DNA from: Paraspadella gotoi
Lineage: Eukaryota > Animalia > Chaetognatha
DNA: 64,000 nt
Assembly: GCA_051294375.1 (NCBI GenBank)
Contig: CM119269.1
Coordinates: forward strand, 15,139,918 to 15,203,917
Reading direction: 5' to 3'
Under the pieces are notes generated by a model. It was not told the origin of the DNA and made no database searches. It worked only from the letters and a program-made list of their open reading frames with translations. Position numbers and translations under genes: made by a program. This document shows positions 23,665-39,935 of the stretch, in pieces (the first letter of the stretch is position 1; each line of letters opens with the position of its first letter).

Positions 23665-26600
23665 CTCTCTATCTATCTTCTCTATCTCTCTCTCTCCCCA
23701 AACTCAAAACCACTAAATGACCTGCTGTTGCTTGATCCTAACGTGAAGTGGCGACATTTGCGTCCCGTTATTAACGCGATTGTCATTGGCGAGTCCCGGA
23801 CGGGAGATGTCGCTCAAATTCTCTTCTCGCGGGATTTTCGTCTGCTTTTCTGATTTGCCACCGACGCGAATTTGTGCTCCGACCTGAATTGGTTCGTATC
23901 CGGCTTCATCCTCGTCCGTTTTGAAGGAGGCGTTGGTGACACCCGACAATCTCTTCAAGGAGTCTAAAAGAGAAATCGGATGTTATTTATTTTTATTAAC
24001 GTTCGTTTATTTATTTATTTCATTTTAATTTAATTTAATTTAATTTAATTTAATTTAATTTAATTTAATTTAATTTCATTTAATTTAATTTAATTTAATT
24101 TAATTTAATTTAATTTAATTTAATTTAATTTAATTTCATTTCATTTCATTTCATTTCATTTCTTTTCTTTTCTTTTCTTTTCTTTTCTTTTCTTTTTACC
24201 CATACCTTTGCCAGTTCGGTCCATATTGGCCTCATCTATTCTATGATAAACTCCGCTGGAGTCCATGGTGGATTTCGTTGGAGAGGCGATGGACTGGTAC
24301 AAGTCCGAAGTCGCCGTTGACAAACGTCGCTGCGCCACTTCTGTTGTGTTTAACATGAAAGAAAAGTAATTATTTCGTAGGTAGACGTAATAAATGGTAA
24401 CCTTTTTTCGAACAATAATCTCCCCCCAAAAAATGGCCCTTACCTAACGCGCCGTCCTGCGATTTTCCCTCCCTACGAGTGAGAGGACAAACCGGAAGTG
24501 GACCGCGAAACAGTGAACGAGGCGCGGACTTAGATTCGGCGGTGTCTTCTTTCGCTACAGGGGGCGGTTCCATCAGACTAGAGCGCGGCGGTTTGGGCGG
24601 TGGAGCGTCGGCTTTTGCAAGCGATGACGTCGGGCGTGGCGGCGATATGCTCGAGGTTCCCGAAGTGCTTCCCCAAACGCTGTAGAGATTCATACCTGGG
24701 AAAGAGCAGCCGCAGAAGAATTTACTAATACTAGATATTCCTAAACCGAAATCCCGAGCCTTACCCAATTTCTAACTCACCCGTTGGCTCCAAAGACTCC
24801 GTGGCCAGAAAATCTCCGATGAAGAGATCCTCCGGGTAGACGTCCCCGGGAATCGGGCTTGTCTGCGCGTCTACGTAGATGGGCGACGTTGGGTCCTTGC
24901 GTCGCGGACGAAAGGCAACGTCACCCGCTGGGGCAGAACCGCGAGGGGAGTGCTTCAAAGGATCCCGTCGAGCTCGCGATGAAACTGAGTTAAAAAAATT
25001 AGTTTAGAAATTAATCATGTAATTTTTTTTTGTCTATTCCCTCCCGTTTTAAAAACTTTCGACAAAAACTAGACTTACCCGACTTGGTGACATTGCGTGT
25101 CGAAGAAACGTCCTCCATGTCGACGGACTCGGAGAGAGAGAGCGTTTCGGGCGTGGCCAGAGGTGCGCAGCCTCCCATCCACGGCCAATCCTCTTCCGTC
25201 GCGCCTGAAGTCGAATGAATATAATTGCGAATGGCGTCACTTTGACAGTCTCTCCGTGCAGGAGTCAACGGGATAGAATACTCACCCAAAAGGTCCGGCG
25301 TTTCGGGCCAATAAGGATGAAGACCCGAAATAAGGCTGCCAGACCTTTTGCCCGACGACGAGGAGGATCGAGAGGCGCGGGCGGCCCGAGCGCGTGCCTT
25401 CCCGGTCGTCGCCGCGCCTATTATAACAATTGAGACATTTTCAAGGTAACTATTGAAATTGATTTATGAGTCGCGACAAAAAGCAGAGCAGCGTGGCGCA
25501 GAGGGAGCGTGCTGGGCCCATAACCCAGAGGTCGATGGATCGAAACCATCCGCTGCTACTCATATTTATCTTTATCTCATACCTCGAATATTTTTCACGT
25601 GATTTTATCGATTCTTCCTTACCTTTTCCTGGAGACGCTTGACCTCGCTTCGTGACCTTTGGACTTTCCTTCCGCCTCTCGGTTGCCGCTTTGCCAACTC
25701 GCCGCTCCGTAGCCTTTTTATCCAGAGGAGGTTTGCCTGTCGCTTCTACGCGTGACTGTGGCGGCTGCTGCAGCTGAGAAGCCGTGCTCTCCGATTGCGA
25801 GGACGTCGCCGGCTGTTGTTGTTGTTGTTGTTGCTGCTGCTGCTGCGAAGAGGCGCTCCGCTTTGGTGGCGCACGCGACGAGTTTGTTAATGGTGCGTGA
25901 GTAGTTTTGAAGACAGTCATCGGCACCCCGCCGAAGTCGGAAAATTCGTTGTCGCTGAAGGAAAGAGGACAAGGGGTTGAGGAATTGAGAGTGAACCGTC
26001 AGTCGCATCACTTCATACCTCATTCCACCGTCCGTCTGGCAGAATTCTCCGTTGATCGTTTCGTATCCCAGATCGTCGTAAATATCCCTCGCTACGGCGC
26101 CAGCCCCGCCGCCGATGTTCTTCTGTTCGTTGAGTTTGTTTTTCTCGTCGACCGTTCGACGTCGCTTCGAGTCTCCCTCTTCGGCCTCCATCGGCGACAT
26201 CGAGTAATAGGAGGAAATCTGTTGTTGTTGATTCTCCTTCGTCGATCGTTTGGAGGATCCGCTGCCTCCCGCCGCGGGGCCGACACCGCCGGCGGAGTCT
26301 TTGAGCGGCGGATCTGGCGTCGAGGGCGGGCCGAGGAGAGAATCACGGTCCGAACACCGATCGGGCGTAGGATCTTTAAGCGGCGAGTAAAGTTAATATT
26401 TATTCAATTTGTTAATTTTAATTAAATTCAATCAATCTAGTTTTGTATTAGTTACCGCTTTTAACAATTTTTTGGTCCTTTCTTCGTTGTTTTCCCTTTG
26501 CTTCTTCCACCAACACCTAAATAGTAAATTGTATGTTTTTAATTTTAAATTCGATTTTATTCAATGGCATAATTTAATCAAAATCTAATTGAAAGCGAAT

Positions 26601-28214
26601 GATTATTCAAAGCCGCCCGATTTTTAAAATATATCAAAATATATAACGTTATCTTGTGAGTATTAACCAGAACCATATTAACCAGAAAATTCATTGAATT
26701 ATCATAATGTTTTTCCGGTACTTACATTTAGTATTATTTATTTGCAAAATAATTATACGGAATTTCTCTTTATTTGCTGAGCTAAAAGCTTTGCATTGAG
26801 GGAAAGCTGAGAAGTAAAACGAAAAAGTTACAGGGAGTCTTCATTAACTAAAAAAAAAAACCGAAAGAAAACAAAAGAAAAAAGTACAAAACGAAAAAAA
26901 ACCCATTTAATCAGCAATAAAATCCCTTACCTGTTCCAACGCCGCCAGTACATTCTCCGGCATGTGGTCCGAAATCATCGAAGAGGAGATGACCACCTGA
27001 GCGAAGTCGTTCTTGTCCGCCCAGATGGCACGGAAGACGTTCCCGCTCGGGCCGCAGCCGCAGCAGCCCGACGAGGCGGAGGGCGGCGGCGCGGCGGGCT
27101 CCTGCACGACGTGAATGATGCGTCCGGGCGGGTAGAGGTACATCCCTTCGTGACCAGAGATGAGTCGGTGGGAGGAGGAGGAAGAGGGGACAGGGGGGAG
27201 GGGTCGAGGGGCTGTGTGGGTTAGGCGAGAGGGAGGGGGAGGTTTTTTTTTTTGGATATAAGATAGTATTTCAATAATACAATAAAAATATTTTTAATAT
27301 TGAATTTTTTTATTTTTTGAATTATTTAGGAGTTAAAGAAAAAAAATTTAAGGTCTAAAAAAAATATATAGTAATTTTATTGTTATTTTACTTTATTTTT
27401 AATTCAAGGAATGTATTTATACTCCGCGCTAATGTTCATTCAATCGGTCTTTTTCCCCCCTCACCTTACAAAAGGTCAGATTTCTTTATCTCCCTCACCT
27501 TTTTTCTGACCCAAATGAAACTTGTCTTTGGCAGAGGCGGAGTTGACGGGAGTGAGAAGAGGGCGGGAGGGACTCGGGGTTATGAGAGGGGCGGAGGTGT
27601 GGGCGGGCGAGTTGCCCGCCGAGTTTCCCTCGGGATCGGACGTCATCCCGATAGCCGTGTCGGGCGTCAGTCCCGGCGCCTCGTCCGAATCTGGAGAGGG
27701 TTGGAAAAGTAGAGGAGCGATTTTAATGGTGGAGTGTGGAGCAAGACTAGCAGAGTGACAGAAACAAAAAATCATCACATTTTTTTGAGAATTAACGCTT
27801 GTCACTCATTCGTCCCCGAGGAATTCCCCCCCCCCAAAAAAAAATCACTTGTGCCCGGAGTGAGTCCTCCGTTTCTCTCTCCTTTCGTCGTCGTCATCAT
27901 CGTCGTCGTCGTCGTCGCTCCTCCTTCGGCGTCGGCTTGAAAATTACAGATATTTCTCTTGAAAAATAATAAATAAATAATTAAATAAATAAAACTAAAC
28001 CAACCATATATACCAAATCAATCAATCGAACCGAACAAAAATGCAGCCGAACCAATCAGAATCAAATAAATCCAAACAATAAACTAATGAAACCAACCAG
28101 TCTGATGCTTGTCGTCGTCAGGCAACAGCGTGCCGGTTTCGCCCGCGTCGGCGCCCGTCTCATCCATGGAACATTCCAGGACGTCATTGAAACTTCTACC
28201 TCGTGCAAAGAGAG

Positions 28215-28282
<68 letters not shown>

Positions 28283-31200
28283 GGACCGAATCATTTGGTT
28301 CAGCGGATACAAAGCGAAACACTATGTCCGTTGTCCAAAGTGCATACCTCAGTTTTCCGCTGCAGAAAACGCTAGACAAGATGATTTTCCACTTGGGTTC
28401 CCGACAACCGTACATTAATCTAAAACAAAGAAGACAAAAATCCAATGCAGTTAAAACTTTTGTATGATTATTATATGAAAATGTCATTATCAATTGATAA
28501 GATTTAACGAGAATAACATAATTTTAAGATAACAAATCCTTTAAAAATTGGCTGCACCTGTACAGTTCGTGCTTGAACCGCTCCATCTGTGGAAGACCGA
28601 TCCTGGCGACGACGTCCTTCCCGACGACGACGGACGTGACGTACTCCAGCGACGCCTCCGCCGCAGCCAAGTTAAGAAGTCCCCCTGGCGGAGAGATGGC
28701 GTAGCAGTGTAGGCTGGGGTAGTCGGGCTTCAACAGCATCGCTGGAGAAGGGATGAGAAGGGGAAAACGATAGAATCATGTAGAAAATATAGAAACAATA
28801 AAGTTTATTTATAACAATTAGCGCCATCTATGCCGTTATTTTTTTTTACCCAAGATGGCGGCAGTGCCGGCGCCGAGCGAGTGGCCGACGATGACGAGTC
28901 CATAATCCTGCGTTTGGCGTCGCTTCTGATCGAATTCGAAAGCTTTCGACAAAAGGCCATCGGATTCAAGCTTCGTTTTTATGTATTCCGCCGCCTCCAC
29001 CATTCCCTTAAAAAAAAATAAAAAAATAAAAAGATTAAGGGGAGTAAAAAAGGTAAAACGAAGTATCTTAGTACTAATAGTACTAGTATATACAAAGCCC
29101 AAGATAAATAAAATGATTAATGCTGACGACTACTCACTTTATGGCCGAACCAATCGCCGTTGGGTGAACCTTGAATTTCCTCGTAGCCGGCGTTGAGGTC
29201 TGTGATCACATCCTGGAACGGAAAGCATTGGTTTGGATAATCATCGAATTCGTCCCTCTCATTCTAATCTCCTTCCAATCAACACTTCTCGCCCCCTCGG
29301 CACCTGCACGGAGAGAGTCCCTCTGACGGACACGACGACGTTTTTGGTCACGTGATCGACGGCGACGATGAAGGGCGTCTCTCCGACGCTGCAGTGAAAC
29401 GTGGCGAAGACGAGGTCGACGTCCTCGCAGCCGCCACGACGCAGCGTCCGCAGGATGGCGGCGGCGTGGCAGCCGCAGCAGTTGTCCCGCAGCACCTGTT
29501 GTTCTTCTCTGCGGCTGCCGCTGCATCCGCAGCACCTAGAAATTGAATATCAGTTTAAGTATAAGTATGTACATCGTTTAGCAGCAGGCAATAAGCTCTG
29601 ATTATTAGGTAATGAAATACTAAACGTTCACTAATCACCGCCCGTCCCTACCCAATGCCGGGCAGCAATTTGCAGGCGCCGCAAGTCTCGGCCACCATGA
29701 ACATGGGCCACCCATAGGCGGCGACGGCGAAGCGGGCGAAGCGGACGACGGCGTCGAAACGGCGCCGCGAGTCGGCGTCGGAGAGGCAGACGAAACGAGT
29801 GGACGAAGAAATGGGGACGCCCGAAAAGAAGTCCGTCACCCCGTTGCTCGGCTGATAATGGGCCATGGGAGGGGGGCGATGGTGAGAGAAGAGAAATTGA
29901 GAATCAATCCCCCCCTTCACATTGAAATATTCTAGTTTTTTTTGTAAAGAACGACTTAGATTTCGCTGAGAGAGACTAAAAGAGAAAATTAACGCTTATC
30001 TAATTCTGGTGGTGATGCAACAAACTAACCTCTGTGGCAGTAAGACTTAAAGCTGCCTCACTGCTGTCCGTCCTCAGCCTCGTCTCAATGGCTGAGCAGG
30101 CTAAATCATCTCATTCCATCCGTGCGTCCCGGGTTCAATCCCTGGGTATCCCGTTTCTGGCTTAAATGTGACGGTGCCGGTATAAACATGCCAGTGACAG
30201 GAGGCGGTCACTAAGGGTCCGCAGCCCCTACGCCAGTTGGTGAGATACCCCGCGCCCCGGGTATCACAGGCTATCCTCCCGTTGCCATACCTCGTCAATT
30301 ATCCTCTTCCTCTTCCACTTCTGGTGGTGATGCAACAAACTAACCTCGTCAATTATCCTCTTCCTCTTCCACTTCTGGTGGTGATGCATGAGGCAAATTC
30401 CGGCGATGACGTCAGTAGGGACGACGTCGACGTCATGAAAGAAGCAGGATAAGAGTTGCGCCACTTCCGATTGCGAATGCTGGAAGAGGAGAGCGAGTAC
30501 AGTTCGACTTAGTTAAATCATTTTTAATCTTTTTTTAATCCTATTAAACTTAAAGGTACCCACTTTGTATTGTCGCAGATAATGACTAAATATTATATTC
30601 AGCAACCTCGTTGATTTAGTAAAGATTATATTATCAATATTCTATCAATTATTCTTTATTTTATTTAATTACCTTTTGTTTTCTCCCTTGATTTGAAGAG
30701 CAGCAGGTGAGTAGATCGAATCGCCCTCTCCACGACGCTTCATAAGCGCGAATTGTTCGTCTGTTTTGTTTTTTAGAAATTGATGTTTAAATGCCAGTGG
30801 TTGAGTTTTATAATCCTCAAATAATTGTTGAACTACTGATTAACCAAGACTAGATTTATTGTTAACTACTAATATTTTAATTTTGTTTTACGAAAAAAAA
30901 AAGACTAATCAACTAATCAACCAAAGAAAAAATATTTTTGTTATGCCCAGATTTATTAATTATTAATTGTATTAAACTATTTTTTTTCAAACACTTGAGT
31001 GCTATAAATTAGCGCGAAAGCGACGACAGAGAAACCGGCTCGATTCGTCTTAGTTTTAGGATTAGCGGAATCGGATTAACCGGAGAGCGATCGGGCGCCA
31101 AATTAGGATTTAGTTCCCTAATCTACAGCGGAAGGGAATTCCGCTTACGTTTTTAACTTTTTTCGGATCTTGGCCCGAAGTTCGGACCATTTCTTCGTCT

Positions 31201-32290
31201 TGATTCGGGTCAGGCTCGGAAATTCGGGATTTTCAAGATTCGGTAATTCGAGTCCAGCGCCAAGTTCGCGCCACAAATCCTCGTCTTCCTTGAGCCGACG
31301 CAGCCAAGGGGGCGTGGCCGACGTCTGCGCCGTTTCGTCGCCAATTTCGGCGCAACAACTGGGACAACGAATGGCATCGCGAAAAAATTAAAATGAGATA
31401 ATACTGTAATCGATTTTCATACGTATAAATATCATTGCAAAAATATGTTTTTGTCTATTATTGTTATTATTATTGTTTATTATTCGTGGTTTCCAAAAAC
31501 CAGAATCGAAGTTCCTATATTGAAACATATTTTATTCGTTTTAACTAACATTTCCAAACAGAAAATGTTTGCTTCTATTTTTGCCTTTCTTTTTTTTCTC
31601 TTGGCGAAGGGACGAACTCTGACCTAGAAGCCCATAAAATCCATCACCATTAAATTCGATCGGTTACCATCTGAACTATGGCCATCGGGCCATATATGCG
31701 GGAGCGTACGGAGTTTGGACCGTGTGGGGCTGGTTTCGAATTTTTGTTGGGGGAAGGACCGGGAGGTGGGCGACATTTTCATTTGAGCCAAATTGATGTT
31801 TTCATATAACTTATTTTCGAGGTTTTAAGAAATAATGTAACGTATTAAATTAAAAAATATAAGGCATCTCCGGCCTTCTTTTTTTTCCAAACTCAATTTA
31901 CACAATACAAGATCGAACAACTTTTTGCTATGTTTCGGCAATTTTAAAAAAAAAAATATTTTCTACGCTCCTTTCGCTTGCGAATATTTTTTTTTTTTAG
32001 TTTAGTTTTCAGGAAATCCTAAAACTATAAAGAATAAAAGACGAAATTCCGATGTAATGCGTGTCATAAATACACAGGCTGTCATGTCATGTTACGTCCT
32101 GTGATGTCACGAGAAATATATGTGAAAATAAAGTCACTGCCGCGCAACACATTGGATGAAGCGATCTTGTTTATTTGTAATTTTAGGGCCTTTTTTAAAA
32201 TGGTTTATTAAAACGTCTTTTTCTCATTTTTACGCCTTTTCCTCTTCATTTTGGCGTCATTTTCCCTAATTTTTGCCCCATTATTATTAC

Positions 32291-32387
<97 letters not shown>

Positions 32388-34040
32388 TTCTCCTCCAATT
32401 TCTGACGCTGCCGCTCATCCGTCGTTTCCTCTTGAAATCTCCGCCTTCTCGTTCCGATCGCCGGCGAATTTCTTGGTCGTTCTATTTAAAGAAAATTATG
32501 TTCAAATTTATAGTTTATTACGTATCAATTATCTATGCATAATTGCATAAATCTACTCGCCTGAAACTTTTTGAGTTGGACCCAGCTCCGTCCCGCCGAG
32601 TCGTAGGAGCAGCAGAAGAAGAGGAGGAAGAGGAGCAGGACGAGGAAGTTTGAAATAACCCAGGCTGGAGGAGCAAAGGGAGAAGGGATTAAGGAATGAG
32701 GAGGAATGATAAATATAGTAGAGAGGTGGGTTTTATCATTGTGTTAGCGGGAAGATTTAAAACGAGAAAAAAAAAGTAAACGAGAAATGATAAAGAAATG
32801 AAAGAAGACGAAAGGAGACGGAGGAAGAATAAATAAATAAATAGGGTGAAGAGAGGGATAATTATTGTAACGGTGAGAAGATTAAACCGAGTAGAGAAAA
32901 CTAAAAAAAGAAATGAAAGAAAAAATGGGAAGAAAATAGGGGGGGAAAAATGAGAGAATAAAGAAAAATGAAAATGAAGTATTTTCTTGGCGTAAACTAA
33001 GGAATCAGAGCGGCGCGAATTCGCCGGGCGGAAACGTCACGGACTCGGCATCGCATAAAGGACTCACCAAGCAGAAAGAGACGAACTCGTCAATCACATC
33101 TCGATGATCTCAACAAGCAGAATGAAGCGGACTCGTCAATCATATCTCGATGAACTTACCAAGCTGAAAGCAACGAACCTCTTAATCCTTTCTGAAAGTC
33201 ACCAAGCACAAAACGACAAACTCATCAATCATACTCGCACGAACTCACCAAGCAGAACATCTTGGAGCAGCGACGAAACACAAGAGTCGAAATTGTTGAG
33301 GAGCCACCAAAGGATGATTGCCGACCAGAGCGCCTCCATGGCGAACAGTCCTGGCGGCAAAAACACGAGAGTATTTTATAATTTAATTTAATTTTATAAT
33401 TCTCTCCTTTTCTTTTTTTCATTTGGATTTTATTTACGCCCACTCACCCAGCCGGAAGTAGAGAACGCTCTCGAGTCCCTCCCGACGCCGCGTCTCCAAG
33501 ATGGCGCCTTTGGTGGCGATCGACGCCGCCAGAAACTCCAGAAACACGGCGGCGCCGGCCAGCGTCACCGCCACCACGAGCGCCGGCGCCCGGAGAAAGA
33601 GGGCGCAGGTGGGCAGGGTCGGCAGGGTGGTCGCGTGGCGGGGGCGTGGTCGGTTCGGCGGAGGGCAGGTCGGCGGGCGGGAGGGGATCCAAGCGGGTCG
33701 GGGACCGTCGGGGTAGGGGGAGTAGGGAGGACGGGGGGATCGGAGGGGAGGGATGGGAGGGGGAGGAGAGGAGGAGGTTGGGGGGGGGCGAAATGATCGT
33801 TAGTCTGAGATTTATATCAAAAGAGTGATCAAATACTTAAAATCATTAGAATTTGATCAAATCCATAAATTCAATCAATTTAAGTATTATTGAATGAATG
33901 AGTAACAAAAATTGAAAAATAAGGAAAGAAAAGAAGGAACGAAAAAAATGAAAGAAAGAAAGAAAGAAGGAAAGAAAGAAAGAAAGAAAGAAAGAAGGAA
34001 AGAAAATGAAAAAAGATAGAAAAAAAGAAAAAAAGAAAAA

Positions 34041-34112
<72 letters not shown>

Positions 34113-34253
34113 AGCACTGAAAACACGAATGAATCAAATGAATCAGTGGTGCTCACCTGAGATCGATGGACTCATTGAGAAAAGTAGAGTTGAAAATGTC
34201 TGAGCGAACGTGCGTCGAGAATTCCGAGAGAATCACAGATAACAGAATTAGCC
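22371..34253 (-). CDS. DAGLA: sn1-diacylglycerol lipase alpha-like, many exons; N-terminus and the long low-complexity tail (22371-26515) are uncertain
   Basis: Exon peptides YDSAGRSWVQLK, YEASWRGR, FFHDVDVVPTDVIAG, AVAAYGWPMF, DNCCGC, ETPFIVAVDH..VSVRGTLS, DVITDL, GHKGMVEAA, GHSLGAG (catalytic Ser), YAISPPGG, GKDVVARIG, LYPPGRIIH, MISDHMP. Confidence 0.85.
23568..23696. repeat. (CTCA)n/(CT)n microsatellite
   Basis: Direct observation; similar (AG)n/(CT)n tracts at about 14975, 17725, 28220, 35977, 36751, 39831 and 42650. Confidence 0.95.
24024..24197. repeat. (TTTAA)n, (TTTCA)n, (TTTTC)n compound pentanucleotide satellite
   Basis: Direct observation. Confidence 0.95.
30033..30289 (+). mobile_element. 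Solo LTR type C (257 bp) in a DAGL intron, antisense to the host gene
   Basis: Termini TGTGGCA...TGCCATA, TSD CCTC (30029-30032, 30290-30293); uninterrupted target visible at about 30341; A box TGGCTGAGCAGG and B box GGTTCAATCCC. Confidence 0.88.
30157..30236 (+). ncRNA. Twister ribozyme, type-P5 (solo LTR C)
   Basis: P5 CUGGC/GCCAG; P2 AUGU/ACAU; GA-CGG; P1 UGCCGGUA; UAA (cut 30183/30184); GCC; P3 AGUGAC/GUCACU; GGG-U-CCG-CAGC-CCC (one deviation from the AAGC consensus). Confidence 0.8.
32280..32385. repeat. (ATT)n microsatellite
   Basis: Direct observation. Confidence 0.95.
33060..33260. repeat. Degenerate tandem repeat of about 45 bp derived from a DAGL exon/donor junction (about 5 units)
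   Basis: Recurring ACTCACCAAGCAGA and ACTCGTCAATCA..CTCG motifs. Confidence 0.65.
33950..34113. repeat. (GAAA)n microsatellite
   Basis: Direct observation. Confidence 0.95.
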
Positions 34254-35258
34254 TGAAAAAGCAGAAAGGAAAAGGGGAATGAGGTAAGGCTTTAATAATG
34301 AGAAAAAAATTATGAATAAGTCATCAAACTTCTTAATTAGTACCTGAATTATTAAATCTTATTGCCGTCGTTGACAGTATTTAATTAATTATCAAGTTTA
34401 TGTCTCTTCCCTTTCACTCTATCTCTATCTCGCTTTGTATCTCGCTCTCTCTTTGTTTTGTCGTCTATTTCTTTTTTTCAATGATTATTTCTCCAAGTAT
34501 TGAATTCACGAGCGAGGACCTTCCCTTATTCCCCGGTCGAATAGCAAAAACCTGTTTTAAATACAGTAATTATTTATGCGCGAACGACGACGACGACGAC
34601 GACGACGAGGTCTGAACAATTTAATTCTCTTTCGGAAAGGCGAACTCACCCACGCCCGAATCTCCAGAATTTTAAAAGCTTATCCGCATTCCGAGCGGAT
34701 TTCTCGGCCGCCGCGGGAAGAAAGCCTGAAAAGGAATAGCCAAGACAACAACAACAACGACAACTCGCAGTTTCCTCTGATGCGCAATTTTGTCGAAAAG
34801 TGGAAAAGTGTTTTCGTCGTCTCGTTGTCGCGCCTTTCGTCGATTGTGATCGAAATCTCGCTTCGGTAAGCGAAGATCCTTTAACAATGCATCGCGATCG
34901 AAATGATATTCTTGAGTTAAAACCGATCGTTTACTAGTTTCGACTTGGAAAAAATGTTCATTAACGAGAAAGAAAGAAAAAAAACTGGTAGTTGCACAAC
35001 GAGAATATTTTTCCCAAGTTCTTTTTATAATTTTTTTACAAAGTTGGATATCATTATTCTTTTCTATATAAAAAAAAATCGTCATACTTCGTATATCATC
35101 GATTTTTCTAACTATTCAGGACCCCCGGAAACGTGCCCACTGCCCCGACCCCCTTCCCCCCCAAAAAAAAGATCTCCAGTTCCAATTAAACTCCGATTTA
35201 AAGGTAAACAAAACAACTGTTTGACAAACGAAAGTGACGCCGACGCAATAAAAATAAG

Positions 35259-38322
<3,064 letters not shown>

Positions 38323-39827
38323 AGAACGAAAATCAATTCACGTCCTTTTGAATATTGTACATAACGCATTAGCAGTATATCACCTAAATAAAATTTATTG
38401 GATTGACAAAAAGTATCTTCTAAAAAGTTTTTGCAAAGTGAGATTGGACGGTTGTTGGCCAAGTAAAGAACTATAAAAAACTATTCCGCGACCCTGAAGC
38501 AAAAAAAAAAAATTAGTTCATGCTAATGCCACACATTCCTCAAAATAACTTGTCATACTAGTAAATGAAAAAGGTAAAAGATCGAATCCCGCTCACCATA
38601 AGAGGTGGAAGAGGAGCAGCAACGCCGCCGGGACGACGAGATCGTCGGAGCCGATGCTCCACCGGCGCCGGAAAGCTACGATTCCCGGCATCGCGACGAC
38701 AGCCGGAGAATAAAGCCGAGGTATTGGTCGATTACGATTCCGACGCTTCCGGTGTTTGCATAGTCAAAATCGGCGCATTAGACGCGATGTTCCGGCGAAT
38801 CACCGTGGCAGAGATCGAAAGGGGTTGCCGGAAATGAGGGACGGTCCGCGATCCGAGTTGGCGACGCCGACGCCGACGAAGTCGATGAAGACGACATGTC
38901 ACTAAATTTTGAAGCTGAAATGTCCACGCCGAAGTCGAAGACGGACGCCGCCGAGAATCAGCGACGGTGGACGTCCGGCCGACGGACCAAGGGTTGAAGG
39001 AGCTCCGAAGTTTCATTTTCGTAATCTAGGTCGCCTCGCCGAGTCTCGGACGGCGATGACGACGACGCTGACATTTCGTCGCCGACGCCTCGATCGATAA
39101 TTCAACTTGATTCTTTTAGCCAAAGAGGTCGTGCTTCTCTCTTCGGCCTCATTTTCGCCAAAATCGATTCCAGCTTAGTTTTTTTTCGTGGAAAAAAAAA
39201 ACACCTTTTTTCTTGTTTTGGTTTTTTTAGTCTCGTTTTCGTTTTGTTTTCTTTTTTTCACCGGCGCAACAACGAAGGCAACGATTGGCAGATTGGTAAC
39301 AGGAAATGGGAGACCTTATAAAAAAGTTTAAAAATGACAAGAAAATACGAAAATCTTCAATTGTTTTAAATATATACGGTACGTTTTAATAAACCTGTGG
39401 CTGTGCGATGATTATTTTTATTTTTTGCTTATATAAATAATTGTCCTAAGTTCCTAAAGTTACAGCGTTCTAAGTCAAAGATCGACAAATACTATAAGGA
39501 TAAAAACTCAGTGATTACGAGCTAAGTGCTAAGGTTTTTAGATAAGATAAGCTCAAAAGCAGAAAGCAAATAATCGTAAAGAGTAGAAAGCGAGAAAGAT
39601 AAAAGGCAACGGATCGTGTTACGATTCGTCGTCACCGATCGGCTTTCATTTCCTTGTTTTGATTCGTCGTTCCAAGTGCCCACTGCCGAGACCAAACCGC
39701 GCCGATAATATCGGTAATGTTTCCCTTAAAATCCCACGGCGCTCGTTTGAGATTCTTTATGGCGGAGTTTTATTCCATCTTCTGCAGACGGAAAATAATC
39801 GGAAGTGAAGATAAAGTGAGTCAGTTT

Positions 39828-39935
<108 letters not shown>

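Larger units (their letters stand above)
30004..30388. repeat. 54-bp tandem duplication of a DAGL exon end plus splice donor, interrupted by a solo LTR
   Basis: Unit TTCTGGTGGTGATGCAACAAACTAACCTCGTCAATTATCCTCTTCCTCTTCCAC starts at 30004, 30319 and (partial) 30373. Confidence 0.85.

Noticed and set aside
33448-33700. Apparent frameshift in a DAGL transmembrane exon suggesting recoding or a pseudogene
   Set aside because: The assembly shows many single-base indel errors and the catalytic exons are intact; a sequencing error is more likely.
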